Source of the DNA: Lingula anatina
Lineage: Eukaryota > Animalia > Brachiopoda
Direction: 5' to 3'
NCBI GenBank assembly: GCA_051362555.1
Contig: CM120646.1
Span: 17,608,001 to 17,672,000 of the forward strand
Length of the DNA: 64,000 bases
In this document: positions 13,562 to 26,274 of the stretch, piece after piece
Layout: every line of letters begins with the position of its first letter
How positions within the stretch are numbered: the first letter of the stretch is position 1
Program-made: the position numbers and the translations under genes
Notes under the pieces: generated by a model
What the model saw: the letters and a program-made list of their open reading frames with translations, nothing else
Database searches by the model: none
Told to the model about the DNA's origin: nothing

Positions 13562-14229
13562 CTCCAAGGGGAAGAGATGCCAACACATAATACTCTTAAA
13601 GAAAACCAGAAAAAACAATCCAGTTTAATGGCTTAGGACATGTAAAGAAAAATTGACGTATAAAGCAACTAGTAACGTAGGGAACGTTGGAAGGAAAAGA
13701 AGGAAGGGAAGGCAAAGTGCAAATAGGCTGGATAGCTTTGCACAGTAGATGGGACATACTTAGGTAATTAACAAGACATGCTGAGAACTCCCAAAGACAG
13801 AGGGCTGTAGAGGGGAATGATTGTCGACACTATAGTGAATATATGAAGCAGAGCACACGCAGATAATGTGCAGTAATACGTTTAAATGTGAAATCTTCAT
13901 TATGGCATTTACAGTTGATAAAAAAGAGACTGTGTATAGATAAAAACCGAAAACGTTTAAATTAATGACATTGTTTATGATGAAAAACTGTAAGAGAGAG
14001 AGAGAGAGAGTTGCTTCTTACCTCTGGGTTCAGACCTCAAGTAACGTGAAACCCCAGGCTGCTGGAACAGGGTTGGGCAATCCATGCGTAGGAACTCCCC
14101 CGTTTTCTCAATCTGAACCTGTAGCTTTAGAAGCTCGAGAAGGTTGGAAAACCGATCTTGTTGACGCTGACTTAATCCCACGCCCAACAAAATGCAGAGA
14201 GCCAAGGCGCTGCGACTAAATAGATACAT
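8681..14229 (-). CDS. Secreted olfactomedin-domain protein B/D, probably chimeric; 3 exons, ~382 aa
   Basis: The OLF exon 9486-8681 and exon 10487-10353 ([16 protein letters not shown]...) are intact. The only upstream signal-peptide exon available is 14229-14022 (MYLFSRSALALCILLGVGLS..., a paralog of gene A exon 1), which is phase-compatible. Joining them is inference. Confidence 0.65.
10613..11300 (-). pseudogene. Disrupted olfactomedin exon (A-type)
   Basis: Closely similar to 4676-3889. It has a 5-bp duplication (tattgtattg, ~11261-11270) that shifts the frame just after the acceptor, further indels at ~10640-10670, and is truncated before the MLDYNP motif, where it abuts intron sequence homologous to ~19740. 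Confidence 0.85.
11326..11625. mobile_element. Probable DNA-transposon remnant (one end), possibly PIF/Harbinger-like
   Basis: GC-richer insert absent from the paralogous intron of gene A. It starts TTAAAGCCTCGGTCACAACCGGCCGTACG, which resembles non-autonomous element termini. No matching second TIR was found. Confidence 0.35.
11637..12840 (+). mobile_element. 5'-truncated non-LTR retrotransposon (L2/CR1-group RT), degraded
   Basis: RT motifs GVPQGSVLGP and YADDTQ, then ARNLGVFFD and SRLDYCN..LQRIQN across stop-interrupted ORFs 11673-12113 and 12162-12482. The 3' end has AATAAA followed by an (ATT)n-like tail at ~12815-12840. Confidence 0.9.
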
Positions 14230-15276
14230 ACTGTTGCGTTTGAGGTTTTCAGAGCCAATAGCCAACACAATAATGAATGCTCAGATAAATATAGCCACGG
14301 ATTTATGCATAAAGGCACATCCTGGAGAGGATTGTCAGGGTTAGAACCAACGCTCGCCAGATGTTATCTTTTATTTTCTATGTTTTGGGCATCTTTAGGT
14401 CTTAATATTTTTTAAAAAATTGGTTTAAAACGAGGCCAGCAAAGTAAGTTCCCATTTTAAAATGTTTTTTCATTGAGGAACGCGTTCATCTTGAAATGCT
14501 AATCCGGTTTCTACACAAATTGCCGGCAAGGAGGAGCTCTTTGTTTCAAACCTTTTAAAAACGCAATATCCTTTCGTGATCTCGAGTCTCAGTTTGTGAT
14601 GGCGAAAGGACAAATACAATGCGTTTTCATTCCTATTTCTGCATTTGTATTTTTGCCCCGGAATGTATTTTTCCTCATTTCTTTTATTCGAAAGCACCGC
14701 TTTCTGTTTTTGCAAATAAACGGATATTTTTCTTAAGTCTCATAAATCGAGAATCGCCAGCTTTCAGCTGACATATACATGTAGATGTACATTGCGATTT
14801 TCACACAACGAATTGTGGGATACAGGTATGCATTTTGTAAACAATCAAATACTAAATTTCTGTTCAGAATATAAAAACTCATATAAAAATTTTTTTAGCA
14901 TGGATACAGGTTTGTAACACGCCCTCACCCTCACCCTCTTCCCGCCAATCTGTGGCTGTGGCAATGTACTGGTATTCAAAGTCACCAATCCAAACATCAG
15001 GCGCTTTAAAATGAGGTTTGAAATAATGTACGAGGATCGCCACAGTCTATATGCAAACAAGACCTCAATTAAGTCTTTTTTTTACTGTGCGTCTCTTAAC
15101 CCTCAGACCCATCTATCAATTTATATATCCTATAACAACAAAACACGTAGTGCCCTTCTCACACACACACACATAAATGCTCAAACATGCAACATGAGAG
15201 CAAGACAGGTTTCTACAAGCAAAGCCGTTGTTTTAACTTTTTATTTCTTAGCTTTTTGCCCGAAGCCGAAATCTTG

Positions 15277-17350
15277 TTACACTGATAGGACAATTGGAAA
15301 CGTTGCAATATATCCGTCCCTACTATCAGCGTAATACAAAAGACCATCATGGGGGTTGTAATCTAACATGGTGTTGTATGTACCAGGTTGTTTGAACGAG
15401 ATCTTATTCGAGGAAAGCGTCTCTTGTTTCCCAGTGTTGGTATCATAGGTATAGCGGATGTAATTTGACTGAGCATTGTAGGAATTCGTGGCGTAAAGCA
15501 CGCCACATTTCATGAACGTGTTTCCAACTTTCCTGATATCAGTGGTCGTCTCCCACGATTTCTCCACGTTGAGAGTGTCTGGGTTGATCTTGGCGATGAC
15601 CAGGTTACAGTTGTTACTCCTGTTCCCGTACACTAACCACAGTCCGTACTCGTCCACGGCAAAGTCAGTGGTAGTGTAACCGCCCCAACCATAGGAACAT
15701 GTGTTGCCACTGCCTACGTCTTTCATGTGATTTTCTGCCATAAGCGCCATTTTCTGGATGTCATATTTTAAAATATTCTGAGTTTTCAAACGCTGAAAAT
15801 GCAAATTTCCTTTGTACACAACATGTCCGGTACCGGCCCAGTTGTATGGAAGTGTAATTGACGCACTTTGTATGCCACGCTTCATGTCTTCTACAGTTTC
15901 ATATACAGAGATTACATTATTTCCATATCCTTTGAACAGCCACACTCGGTTTGCAGCGCTGAGGTTAGCTGGATGAGAGTCCATCATCCAAGAAAGGTAA
16001 TACAGTGCTGCTGTACTATACTGTAAGACCATCGATGTGTTCTCAATTCTAATAGAGCCGCCAGACATACATTTCTTCCCTATAAAAGCAATGAGTTATT
16101 TTCAATAATTATGAGCAGGTAAGAAAATGATGAATTTTACGTTCAGAGTGAATCAAGAGTGATCAAATTACTATATACGATTTGTAAAAGGTACTACCTA
16201 ACTGCTATTTAAAAGTAAAAGCGTTTTCAAAGAGGCTGAACGAGATTTTTATCTTTGGCATGACTCTTCGACCGATCGTCAAGGGGCCTTTTGAAATGAC
16301 ACAATTCTTTTTTTTAATTTTTAAATTTTAAATTTTATACAATCTTAAAGCAAACAGAAATCCCATTCCCCGAAAGAACGAGCCGGAGAATGTATACACG
16401 GTGTGTAACACCCATCTAAATAGCAAACGTACCGACAGCACACTTATGAAAGAGGCCTGGTGGCAGAATCAGCTTGATAACCGCCCTTCAAAGCATAAGA
16501 ATTCAGCAGTATACTGACTTATGAAAGCAAACACCTGTCAGACGGACTACATTGTGCCTTACGTTTTTCATGCGACAATGACCCCTGCTTGAATAATCAA
16601 CATTTGGCAAAATCAGATGAATGTTTTGGAATGCCAAAAAGTAGAAGCCCCTGTTTTTACAAAAAGGCCTCCCCGAAAGTCCTTGAGGTTTACTTAAATT
16701 AAGGAGTTGCATGAGATTGAGTTTGGGTCATTACTCTGTCAAAAACAGTTTTAAATTATGTTGGTAGCAACCTATTAATGGAGCTGACGGAATTACTTAC
16801 TTTGTAATATTTTCTAAAGATATACATTTAATACCTACAGTTTTCACAGTTCCTTCCATTGTTCGTCCCAGGGCAAATACAGTTGTATGTGGTAGTTCCA
16901 TTCACACATGTTGCACCGTTTTGGCATGGTTGATTGCGGCAGTGATCAACCACTGAAACAGAAATTGTACGACCTTCAAAGCACGATTGCGCGATTCCAA
17001 TACTGTACTTGCTGTGATTATCTGATTAATATGTCATAGAAAATTGCTGTTTTAAACGTTGATTAGAACAGTGAACTTCATTAATTTTTCAACCGCCCCA
17101 ACAAATGTGTGTGTTTTTACTGTTATTCATGTGTTATGCTACATTTTTCTAATTTACTTCTTCTCAGTAGATAGATAAGGTTGCTCTGATATTTTACGTG
17201 TACAAATAATACATCTCATTGCTTCAACTTAATTAACCTTCACATTGTTTTCCATAATGTCCAGCAGGGCAGATGCATCTATAGCCGTTAACTCAATCCA
17301 CACACGTTCCTCCCCGCTGGCAAGGCCGACTGGAACATTCGCTGATATCT

Positions 17351-17399
<49 letters not shown>

Positions 17400-17771
17400 G
17401 AAAAGAGTTTCGCTGTAATTTCGCTCTCCTTTTTGGACGAGAGAGTAACGGCAGATGGACTACATCCGTCAAATGAGCTTAAAAGTTTACATCAAAATGA
17501 CTGTAAGGGCTATAAAATGACTGTAAGGGCTATAAAATGAATGTAAGGGCTATAAAAGGACTGTAAGGACTGCGAAAGGACAGTATATACACGATTGCCC
17601 TTTTTTGCTGAAAAAATTAACAAGACATGCCTTTTTAACTAGATCATATGCTACAGTTCGGTAATGTCAGTGACTTGATTTGGTTTGATAATTTCCTGTA
17701 TTTTGTGACAAGGATTTTTTAAAATCGATTAAAATCGACAAGCGTTGCAGGAGAACACTCGGGGGGTGGGG

Positions 17772-17813
<42 letters not shown>

Positions 17814-19982
17814 TTTGTTATTTCCACGTTGGCATGCATTACTGTATTACCAAACTGGCAAAGATTCCCCGCAAAGCCTGCTGGGCAAACGCACACAAAG
17901 TGACCATGGCGGTTTTGACACGTGGATCCAGCGGTGCATGGGTTACTAGCACACTCATCAAGGTCTGAGAAAATGCACAGACCAATAAATCGGTTATTGA
18001 TTTCAAGACAATACAATGCAAAAAATATTATCAAATGCATAATAAAAAACTGATTACTTGAACATTTCAATACGACTCAGCATGTATATACAACATTTAA
18101 TAACATGGTTACCATTGGTATTATTAATCAAATAAATCTTCCATAATGACTTTGCTAATATTTATGTGTCTGTGTCATGACCAATAAAAAATTATCAGTT
18201 ATAATCCCCATGATTGCACACCGACACTTACAAAATGCATTCATGGCCATTTCATTTTTGATAGAAGAACAAGAATTAATAAATTTCAGAATAATGACCC
18301 AGTTTTGTACCCAACTCTTATCTTATAGTCAAGGCTAAACTTACTTAGCTTACCTTAGGACACGAAAAAATAAATAAAATCATTAAGAACAAGTTAATTA
18401 TTACTATTCTTATAAGTTTGTATTTTGTTTTATCTTAAACTTCAATATCAAAATAACATCAGACTACGGAGCGTCCCCTTCAGAATACTGACAAATACGG
18501 TAGTTCCTATACCGTTTGTATTCCGTGACAGTTAAACAAACTTAAATCATCTATGGCAATTGCCAATACAAAATGAACAAAAGAAAAGTAGTGAAAACAA
18601 TTACTTTACGTTTTCGACATTTCAAATAAAAATATTTACCATTCTCGCACAAATTTCCTGTAAATCCAGCCAAGCACACGCATTGGAAAGAACCCGGATG
18701 TTTTTTGCACCTGGCACCATTCACACATGGGGCGCTTGCACATTCATCGATGTCTGGAAAACATATGTCATTCACGTGTACACTTCATTATCAATTGCTG
18801 ATACCCGGTAGGTATTAAAATACCAAATTACCCATAGCAATATATTGCTGTTAAATCATTAACTTAACGTCTTAAAGTCATTTTAAGTATAGATATAGAG
18901 TCTATAGATAATTTAACTCATCTGTTCCACTCTATGTAGAACTGTTATCACTGTGACGTCATACTAGTCCACGTGCACCCACCTATAGCACACGTGGCGC
19001 CGGTAAAACCAGGCAGGCAGGTGCAGATAGCAGTGTCCCCGCTGGCCGAGCACGTCCCGTTATTTTGACACGGTTGACTGTAACATGGATCGGGAACTAA
19101 AAGCAGCGACAAATATTAAGAAAGCAAGGATTTGATAGATTCATTTCATGATATCTAGAACGATGTCAAAATTGAATGACGCTATGCTGAAACCCAAACT
19201 GTCCGCTGTCGTTTAACATATTGAATACATTGTACGTCAACTAAAATTGAAGCTAACCTCGAAAATGCAAGTCATCGTACATGTATAATTGCAAATCTAA
19301 GCTTATGCGTATCAATTTTACCCAGAGGTAGAAATGTTAATAAATTAAGTATCAAGTTTCACTTACATTTAAAAGATGGAAACGGGCCCTACCTCTTGTA
19401 ATATAATAAACAGAAGGTGTTCTGATACCCTTTACTATTTTGGCTCCTTTAAAACGGATTCATGATATCTTATGTTACCTTACCTGGTGTCGTGACTTTC
19501 AGTGACCCGGCTTTGCACTTCAAGTAACTTTGCGTCAAGAAATCTAGAGTGTGCTTAGCAAGGCTGGTCCTAAATTCTATCTCCTCCGATGACACGCCAA
19601 AGTACAGCTGTCTTTTTCCTACGCATGCCAGATAATTAATAATTTAAATTTCCTTCGATCTAAAAAAATATCATTTCAATCTTTATTACGAAATTACAAA
19701 ACACAACACCAGACACAAAATTAATTCCAAGTGCTTTTTATGCCAAAATGTAATAAAACTATGATCTGCTATCTATATTCAAATAATTAAACAAAAATTT
19801 ATTAAGTTATATTGACATTTTATCAATTCTGTTCAATTTTTATTGGTACTTTTATTGGAATGAATTTCTTCCGATGGCTAACATATAAAAATAAAAAAAT
19901 TAATATCTTTAAACATGCATGATTTCGAAATGACGGATCCAGCTTGCCAGTAGTAAAACATCGGGCATCATAATTTCACACA

Positions 19983-20032
<50 letters not shown>

Positions 20033-20263
20033 CATAACAGGTGTAAGCTTACCTATGACTGGCTTTAAAATGCTGGAGACGTCTGGCTGCTGGAAAAGCG
20101 TTGGGCATTCCTTGTGGAGAACACCACTGGCTTTCTCGATTTGAACTTGTAACTTCAGTAACTCGAGGAGTGTGGAAAACTGATTTTGGTTACTTGACGG
20201 AATGTTCTGTCCTCTGCCAAAATGAAGAAACATGCAGAGGAAAAAAACTTGAACTGTTAACAT
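15277..20263 (-). CDS. Secreted EGF x4 + olfactomedin protein C; 7 exons, with an in-frame TGA in the third EGF exon
   Basis: Exons 20263-20053 (signal peptide), 19618-19484, EGF exons 18753-18640 ([16 protein letters not shown]), 17964-17851 ([10 protein letters not shown]), 17348-17238 ([24 protein letters not shown]), 16952-16839 ([16 protein letters not shown]), and OLF exon 16079-15277. All introns are phase 1. Confidence 0.8.
17504..17580. repeat. 20-bp minisatellite (AAAATGACTGTAAGGGCTAT) x ~4
   Basis: Direct tandem copies are visible in the sequence, decaying at the right end. Confidence 0.85.
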
Positions 20264-22033
20264 AACGAAAAGATGGGTGCTTTCTGTACTACATGTATGA
20301 CAGCTTAAACCCCAGTGTGAGGATAATGTTCTCGTCGGTCGCAGTTCATAAAGAAATGTGTGGGCCAATCGTGGTGATTAGCAGTGATCATGACATAGCT
20401 TTGCAGATCGATTTCCTGAGACCGGTGTCAGGGTGTAAGCCAAAGATTGTCACGTCTCCTGATAACATTGTGAACTTGAACACATGAATTTCGTTGTTGT
20501 TCTTCAACAGACCTTGGTGTAATATTTTAAAATTTGTTTCATGCTTGATGAAATTTGACTTTATCTACACGTAGAATACAGTCACCTCAAAAGTAGAGCA
20601 AAGAACTGTGAAATCTAAATCTTTTTAAGGATTGGGCAATGCAAACAAGAATTTTGTTTCCATTTTAAGATTTTCAAAGAGAATGCTTGATACGACTGCG
20701 CTATTTTGTTTGGGAGGAAGAGCGGGTCCCAAATCCACTTTGATTCTCTTATGCAGATTATATTAATATGCAGTAAATTGAAAAGCATATTTGAAGAAAT
20801 GTACGGGGGGTACTCATCGACAGCTGTGACCCGACATTTAGACAACGGAGACGCATCTATCAGTTTTATCATCCTACATTTAATAAGTGTCATTTTCTCA
20901 TTTTGAGAGAAAGAGAGAGGGAGAGAGAGAGATTATTTTCGTCAAAAAGAAAGCTTGTGATGTATGCATGACTGCCAGAAATATGATGCATCTACATGTA
21001 CACTGTATGAAAACGTGCTGATAAATAAGGTTTATTATAAGTCCCCTATCATTTAAGACCAATGTCAATGAAAAAATGCAATTCCTTCAAAACCCAGAAT
21101 CCAAACACTTGATTCTTTAATTTATGTTGGATCCGCCCAAACCGTCTGTTGGTAGGATTTGTAGGGCCCAGAAAGGGGCCGATTTGGGATAATAAAGTGA
21201 GTAGTGAAATGGCACTTACGGGGTAGGGCAAGACCGATGGCACGGTATTAAATAATGAAAAAATAGTTATGAACGCACTTAGCGGTTTGAAGCAAGACTG
21301 ATAGAACGATATGAAAAAATGAAAAAAAAAAAAAAACGGTTGATTAGAACGTACTTATTACACTGAAAATTAGCGGCCTAGTTTGAGACTGATCACGCGA
21401 CATTATTTATTCAGGAGTTGGCACAACTACATGTACAACTTGTGGGTTTAGAAGCTGGAGAGGGATTCGTTGTTATCTAAAGGTCTTTAATTTGGAAAGA
21501 TTGTGCTTTTAAATCCCCCTGTTTAATTCGAAAGATACAAGAACTGTAGTATCTGCACTGAGTGGAAAAGTTACTCCCGTTTTTATGGACCGTTTTTCTA
21601 CAATAGTAAGACACATATGCATAAGATTGTGCACGTTGAAAAAAATTCAGTTTTATTTTTAATATATCTCCCTAAAATATTCTCAGGATGTACCGTTTAT
21701 GGCTAGCCTTCTGTGCAATCTAAAGCTAATATAAACAACAGTAAAGAGTACAGAGAATGACCATTTATTTCATAATCTTAGTTTTACCAACTTTCATTGT
21801 GCTTGAAGCTTCATTTTACCTACATTAAAAAGATAATTTGACCGCAGATGCATATAACAGCAATTACTCCGAAAGTGAAGGAATTTTACTTCTCAAGAAA
21901 TGAAAAATTTTGCTCAGTCAGCTATTCGTAAACACAGGTGTACAGTAGGCCTGCACACAAGGGTTTATTAACACTTGCATAAAGCATATTTGCAACGTTA
22001 TTTGATGAGAACGCAGATTCTTCTCATTTTTTC

Positions 22034-23759
22034 TTAACCTCTCTTTGGGCTGCGGCAAACAAACCAATGGTTCCCGATCTTCCTCTTATTGTAGACGTCC
22101 CAGTAACGATTAGATCTTGTCGCCGAGCAAGGATCGTACGCGCAGTAGTCTGTTGCGCAGCCAGTAGGATCTGACCTGTAGCCACACAACGCGTCTTTAG
22201 CGGCCAGGATTGCCCTACGATAGGTGGCGTCATTGTTGGCTTTGGACGTAGCCCAAGCTCTGTCGTGACGGGGTTCACTGAGTGTGTTGTATTGGTAACC
22301 ACCGGAGTATCGTTGGTACACCACCTTACTGTAGAAAAAGTAAAAGTAATGATTTCCCTCATGCACCCACTCACTGGCTAACGTATTTACTCGTCTACTG
22401 GCTTACTACATGTAACTTACTAATCAGTGGACAACAGAACCGATCACCTAACTAATGATCGAACTTACATGTACGCCTACTAATATCAAGGAGCTCTCAC
22501 AAAACCCCTCCCTAAAACTTCTGAGCTTAGTAACTGAATGACTTATCAAAAGACATACCAAAGAAATAGTTGATTGCAATCTTATGAAGCATGATACTAT
22601 TTTATCTTCTCTGACGGACATGTACAATGTAGGAGGAATCCGAGATAGGCGTTTTTTGTTTAGATTTATACATGTAGTAATGACAAGCAAGTACATGTAG
22701 TAAGCAAACTGGCTGTTACTTATTAGTCCATTGCTATTTATCTATTGCGTCTATCTATACAAGCAAGTTCGATAGGTATACGGTAGTTGGTTAACACGCC
22801 ACTGTCCATTACAATAAAAATTTTAAAAATCTGATAAAACGACTACTTTTAAAATCATTTAAATCGCAGCGTGTGTGTATACTGAAAAGCGAAATTGTTG
22901 CAAAAGCGTACACAATCAAGTAAGATGGACCTCTGAATATGACATCGGCAGATTAACGGATAAACAGTTAGACAAACTTGACTGTAGTCTATTTACCCGA
23001 ATAAGATGTCTATAGCCAGCAATTGCAAGTGGCGTAGAATCTAGAACAAATTTTGATTTACACTGGATCCAATCCCGCTAAAAGGCAATTACTTTGCCCC
23101 CACCCCTATCCCGCTAACGGGCGTTATTTACAATGGCGTTCGTTGTTAAGGTAAACATATTCTTACTTGAGTGTGTTCGGGTATCCTCCGTGATTCACTC
23201 TGTTTACAATGGTGTACGCCACAGCCAGTTGACCAGTAAAGGACTCTCCTCTGGCCTCACCGTGGACAACACGGCCAACAGTTTGAAAGTTGGCACTGGT
23301 GCTGTAATAGAGGGGTTAGTATATTAATCAACAGCGATGAAATGTACACTTTGCATGTGCTGTGGAATTTCAGCATAAATAAAAGATGAAAAAGTACACC
23401 TGCCTGTGCGTATGTGTGTTCATGTTTTTTGTATGCATGCGTGTCTGCGTATGTGTGTGGGTTCGCTTCCGTGTGGATGTATGCACATGTGCATAAGGCA
23501 TCCGAGAATTCATAAACCAGTGCACGGATGCGTGCAAATGCACGGGTGAGCCTTATGTTCTCTTTTACATTAAACAAATTTAACCTTAATCCTTATACTC
23601 TGTAATGTATATATGAAGATCAACAGCTTATTTAAAATACATTCTAAATAATAAGAAAAGCTAAATACACTGTACTTACCATAAGTTTTTCCCAGTTGCA
23701 CCGGAGCTGGTCAAATAACAATATAGCAAAACGAGGAATGAAAAATTGAAAATTTTCAT
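22034..23759 (-). CDS. Secreted cell-wall hydrolase (Hydrolase_2), copy 2, lacking SH3b; 3 exons, ~169 aa
   Basis: Exons 23759-23680 (MKIFNFSFLVLL...SSGATGKNL), 23301-23167 (CTSANFQTVGRVVHGEARGESFTGQLAVAYTIVNRVNHGGYPNTL), 22328-22034 (KVVYQRYSGGYQY...KIGNHWFVCRSPKRG). Open frame, with the same intron positions and exon sizes (135, 295 nt) as copy 1. Confidence 0.87.
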
Positions 23760-23872
23760 GATGTTAACGTTGACTTAAACTAACAGCTTTTTCAATCGAA
23801 TGCTACGTATAACGACCTCCTGCAACAGTAGACTACAGAGAAAACTGCGCCGCTCTCAAGGAAAACCACTGG

Positions 23873-23880
23873 TTTATATA
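23873..23880 (-). promoter_or_regulatory. TATA box of hydrolase copy 2
   Basis: TATATAAA on the minus strand ~115 nt upstream of the ATG, conserved with 29051-29058 in a homologous context. Confidence 0.55.
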
Positions 23881-24141
23881 ACGCACTTTTGGCGCCGAAG
23901 AAACCACACCTCCTTGATTTATCCTTTTCCTCTAGAAACGTGATTCGCCAAGATCGGATAGAAATGGAAGGGTTGATTGGTTAACTTTCGATCTCAATTT
24001 ACATGAGAACATAGAAGGTACTGTAGCTAGTATTATTTGTATTTACAGTTGACTACAGGTAGCATGCGTTTCTGTATCCAGCTCTCACTTGCTAAATTCA
24101 TATACTTTAATTAACATGTTTCAATACTCTAAAGGCACCCT

Positions 24142-24176
<35 letters not shown>

Positions 24177-25080
24177 TTTTGTAAAACGTGTTTAAAGCAC
24201 CCAGGATACCACGTGATTTCGCATTTTAGTACAGTGGTGAAAAGAAAGATAAAATGAAAAATGAAAGATGAAATGAAAAATAAAGGGACAAGCGGGGATA
24301 ATGGTGCTAAAACTAAATTAAAAACGAGTTTTTGGTCACGCCACTTTTTACAAGCTATATATATATTATAGGGGTATTGAAGGTATAGAAAAACACTGAG
24401 AAACGAAGTGCTTGTAATAGGTAACCATATACCCCAGTACAACATGTGCATGTTTTTTAATGGCGTATGCGGCCACCTTGAAATTTTTCAGAATTCTCAA
24501 ACTAGGATTTCTTACTACTTTTAGTGTGTCATTTTTTGTTGGAAACCACTGTGGTAAAATAACAACTGATGCAATTTGTATCCAGATTGGCACAAAAATG
24601 TCTATTTAAGAAGGGATTCTAGAAGAACTGACCTTATTGTTGACCTAAGAATATTCGTGTCACTGTCTACATTTTCAGCAAGGATAGTGCAAAAATCAAC
24701 TGAAATCATGAGACACATACATGCTATACTTGTAAGAAGAGACGTGTTTTAATATAATGAATTATCATTTTTATAAACAAGGATGAAAAGAAACCTCGCG
24801 TCTGTCCATCTTGATAAGCACAGTGTCTGGTTCCTACAGCACGTTTGCACAGACACGTGCCTTTTCAAATACACGTCTTCAGGATGCGTGTCTTTTGACT
24901 TAGAATAAATGAATAGATACATGAATAAATAAAGAAACAACGAAAAAACCAAGAACACTATATCATATCTCTGTATGTCTACTAATCCGTACAAAAGAAA
25001 GGAATGGAGAGAGACCGTGATATCTGATCTCAAGTTTGGACGAAGAATACAGAACTCACAAAATACAATTTAGAAGAGAA

Positions 25081-25930
25081 CAATGATTTTCTGTACAACT
25101 CCGAGAAAGGGTCAGTCCCGAGAAGGGGTTTGCGAAAGGAGACGACACTTAAGTCTGATCGTAAAAGCGACAGAGTTGATGCATCACAACAGGTGGGATA
25201 GAAGGCCTAGTCTGTTGAACCCATGACGGAAAAGACACGTAGTGTCCAGGTAGATTAATCACATAAGATGACTTTGATTTAATTCTGCTTTAATTCTATT
25301 ATTATTATAACTGTCAAACTGGATAAATACACTATGACCTTGGTGAGACTGAGAAAAACAAAACAGTGCGTTGTCTGAAATATCCCCAAATGTTTTTCAG
25401 TGATAAGGTTGGTCCTAGGGGATGGGCCAGGAACCCGGTACCAAGTGACAGTTTGCCTGATATCATTTTAACCGTCTGCTACTGCAAACATCGGTTCAAA
25501 AAGATATTTGGATATATTCCTCGTGTGGTAAAATAACAGTAACTGCGAAATAAGATATATCGTGGCTGATGAAATTTGCAAGAAATGAGATAAACGGCTC
25601 ATGTTTTACTGTTTATTCAGCATATCCTGCAGTCGCGTTAGTGCACAAAACTGGTCATATAACTCTTCGGGATTCAAACTTGAGAGGTCTCTCTTTAAAT
25701 CTCTCTCAAAATCTCACTGAAAACTGTAGCCTCTGATTAAGAAAGCAAAATGAATTGGATTCTTGATTTATTTTGTATCCGCAGGCTTTTTGTCTCTTTC
25801 AAAGCAATTACGATGTCAGCTGAAATCATGGTTCAGACTACCATCTTTTGTAGAGCATGTCTGGCCACCAATGTTCCTAAGAATGGTGATGCCACAGTGG
25901 TGTAACATGAACAGTGCGTGAATTTAGGTA
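25081..25930 (+). pseudogene. Decayed duplicate of GBP-like exons 1-2
   Basis: 25081-25250 aligns by eye to 31781-31960 (caatgatttYctgtacaacYccgagaaagg...gtagtgtccaggta) and 25781-25930 aligns to 32731-32875. Both have indels and no usable frame. Confidence 0.85.
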
Positions 25931-25941
25931 CCTGTAGATTG

Positions 25942-25992
<51 letters not shown>

Positions 25993-26008
25993 GGGGTAGG
26001 GTAGGGGT

Positions 26009-26274
26009 CAGGAGCGGATGGTTTGAAGGGGGGGTACGGAAACGACAGACCTCGGATGCAAAGCCGACCATCGCCCCTTTGGTGTGGGGTTCGGGGCCTG
26101 CGAAAAATTTTTGGTGTTTTGGAGAGAAAACAGTGCCCCTTGGTACGGTTTAGAACTAAAATTAAGCTAGTGAAAATTCTTATTTAAAGAGGGTAATATT
26201 GGTGTGATATATTTTTCAGAAACCGAGGGTGGGGGTCAGGACCCCCTGACCCCCCCCTCTTAATCCGCCACTTG
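26009..26274. mobile_element. Degenerate MITE of the CAGGGGCGGAT-terminus type
   Basis: Ends caggagcggat...atccgccacttg, with an internal GGGGGTCAGGACCCCC hairpin. It is absent from the paralogous GBP intron. Confidence 0.55.

Noticed and set aside
17293-17295. Selenocysteine reading of the TGA in the EGF exon
   Set aside because: The position is not a Cys site of the EGF pattern (all six Cys are present), and no SECIS was recognised.
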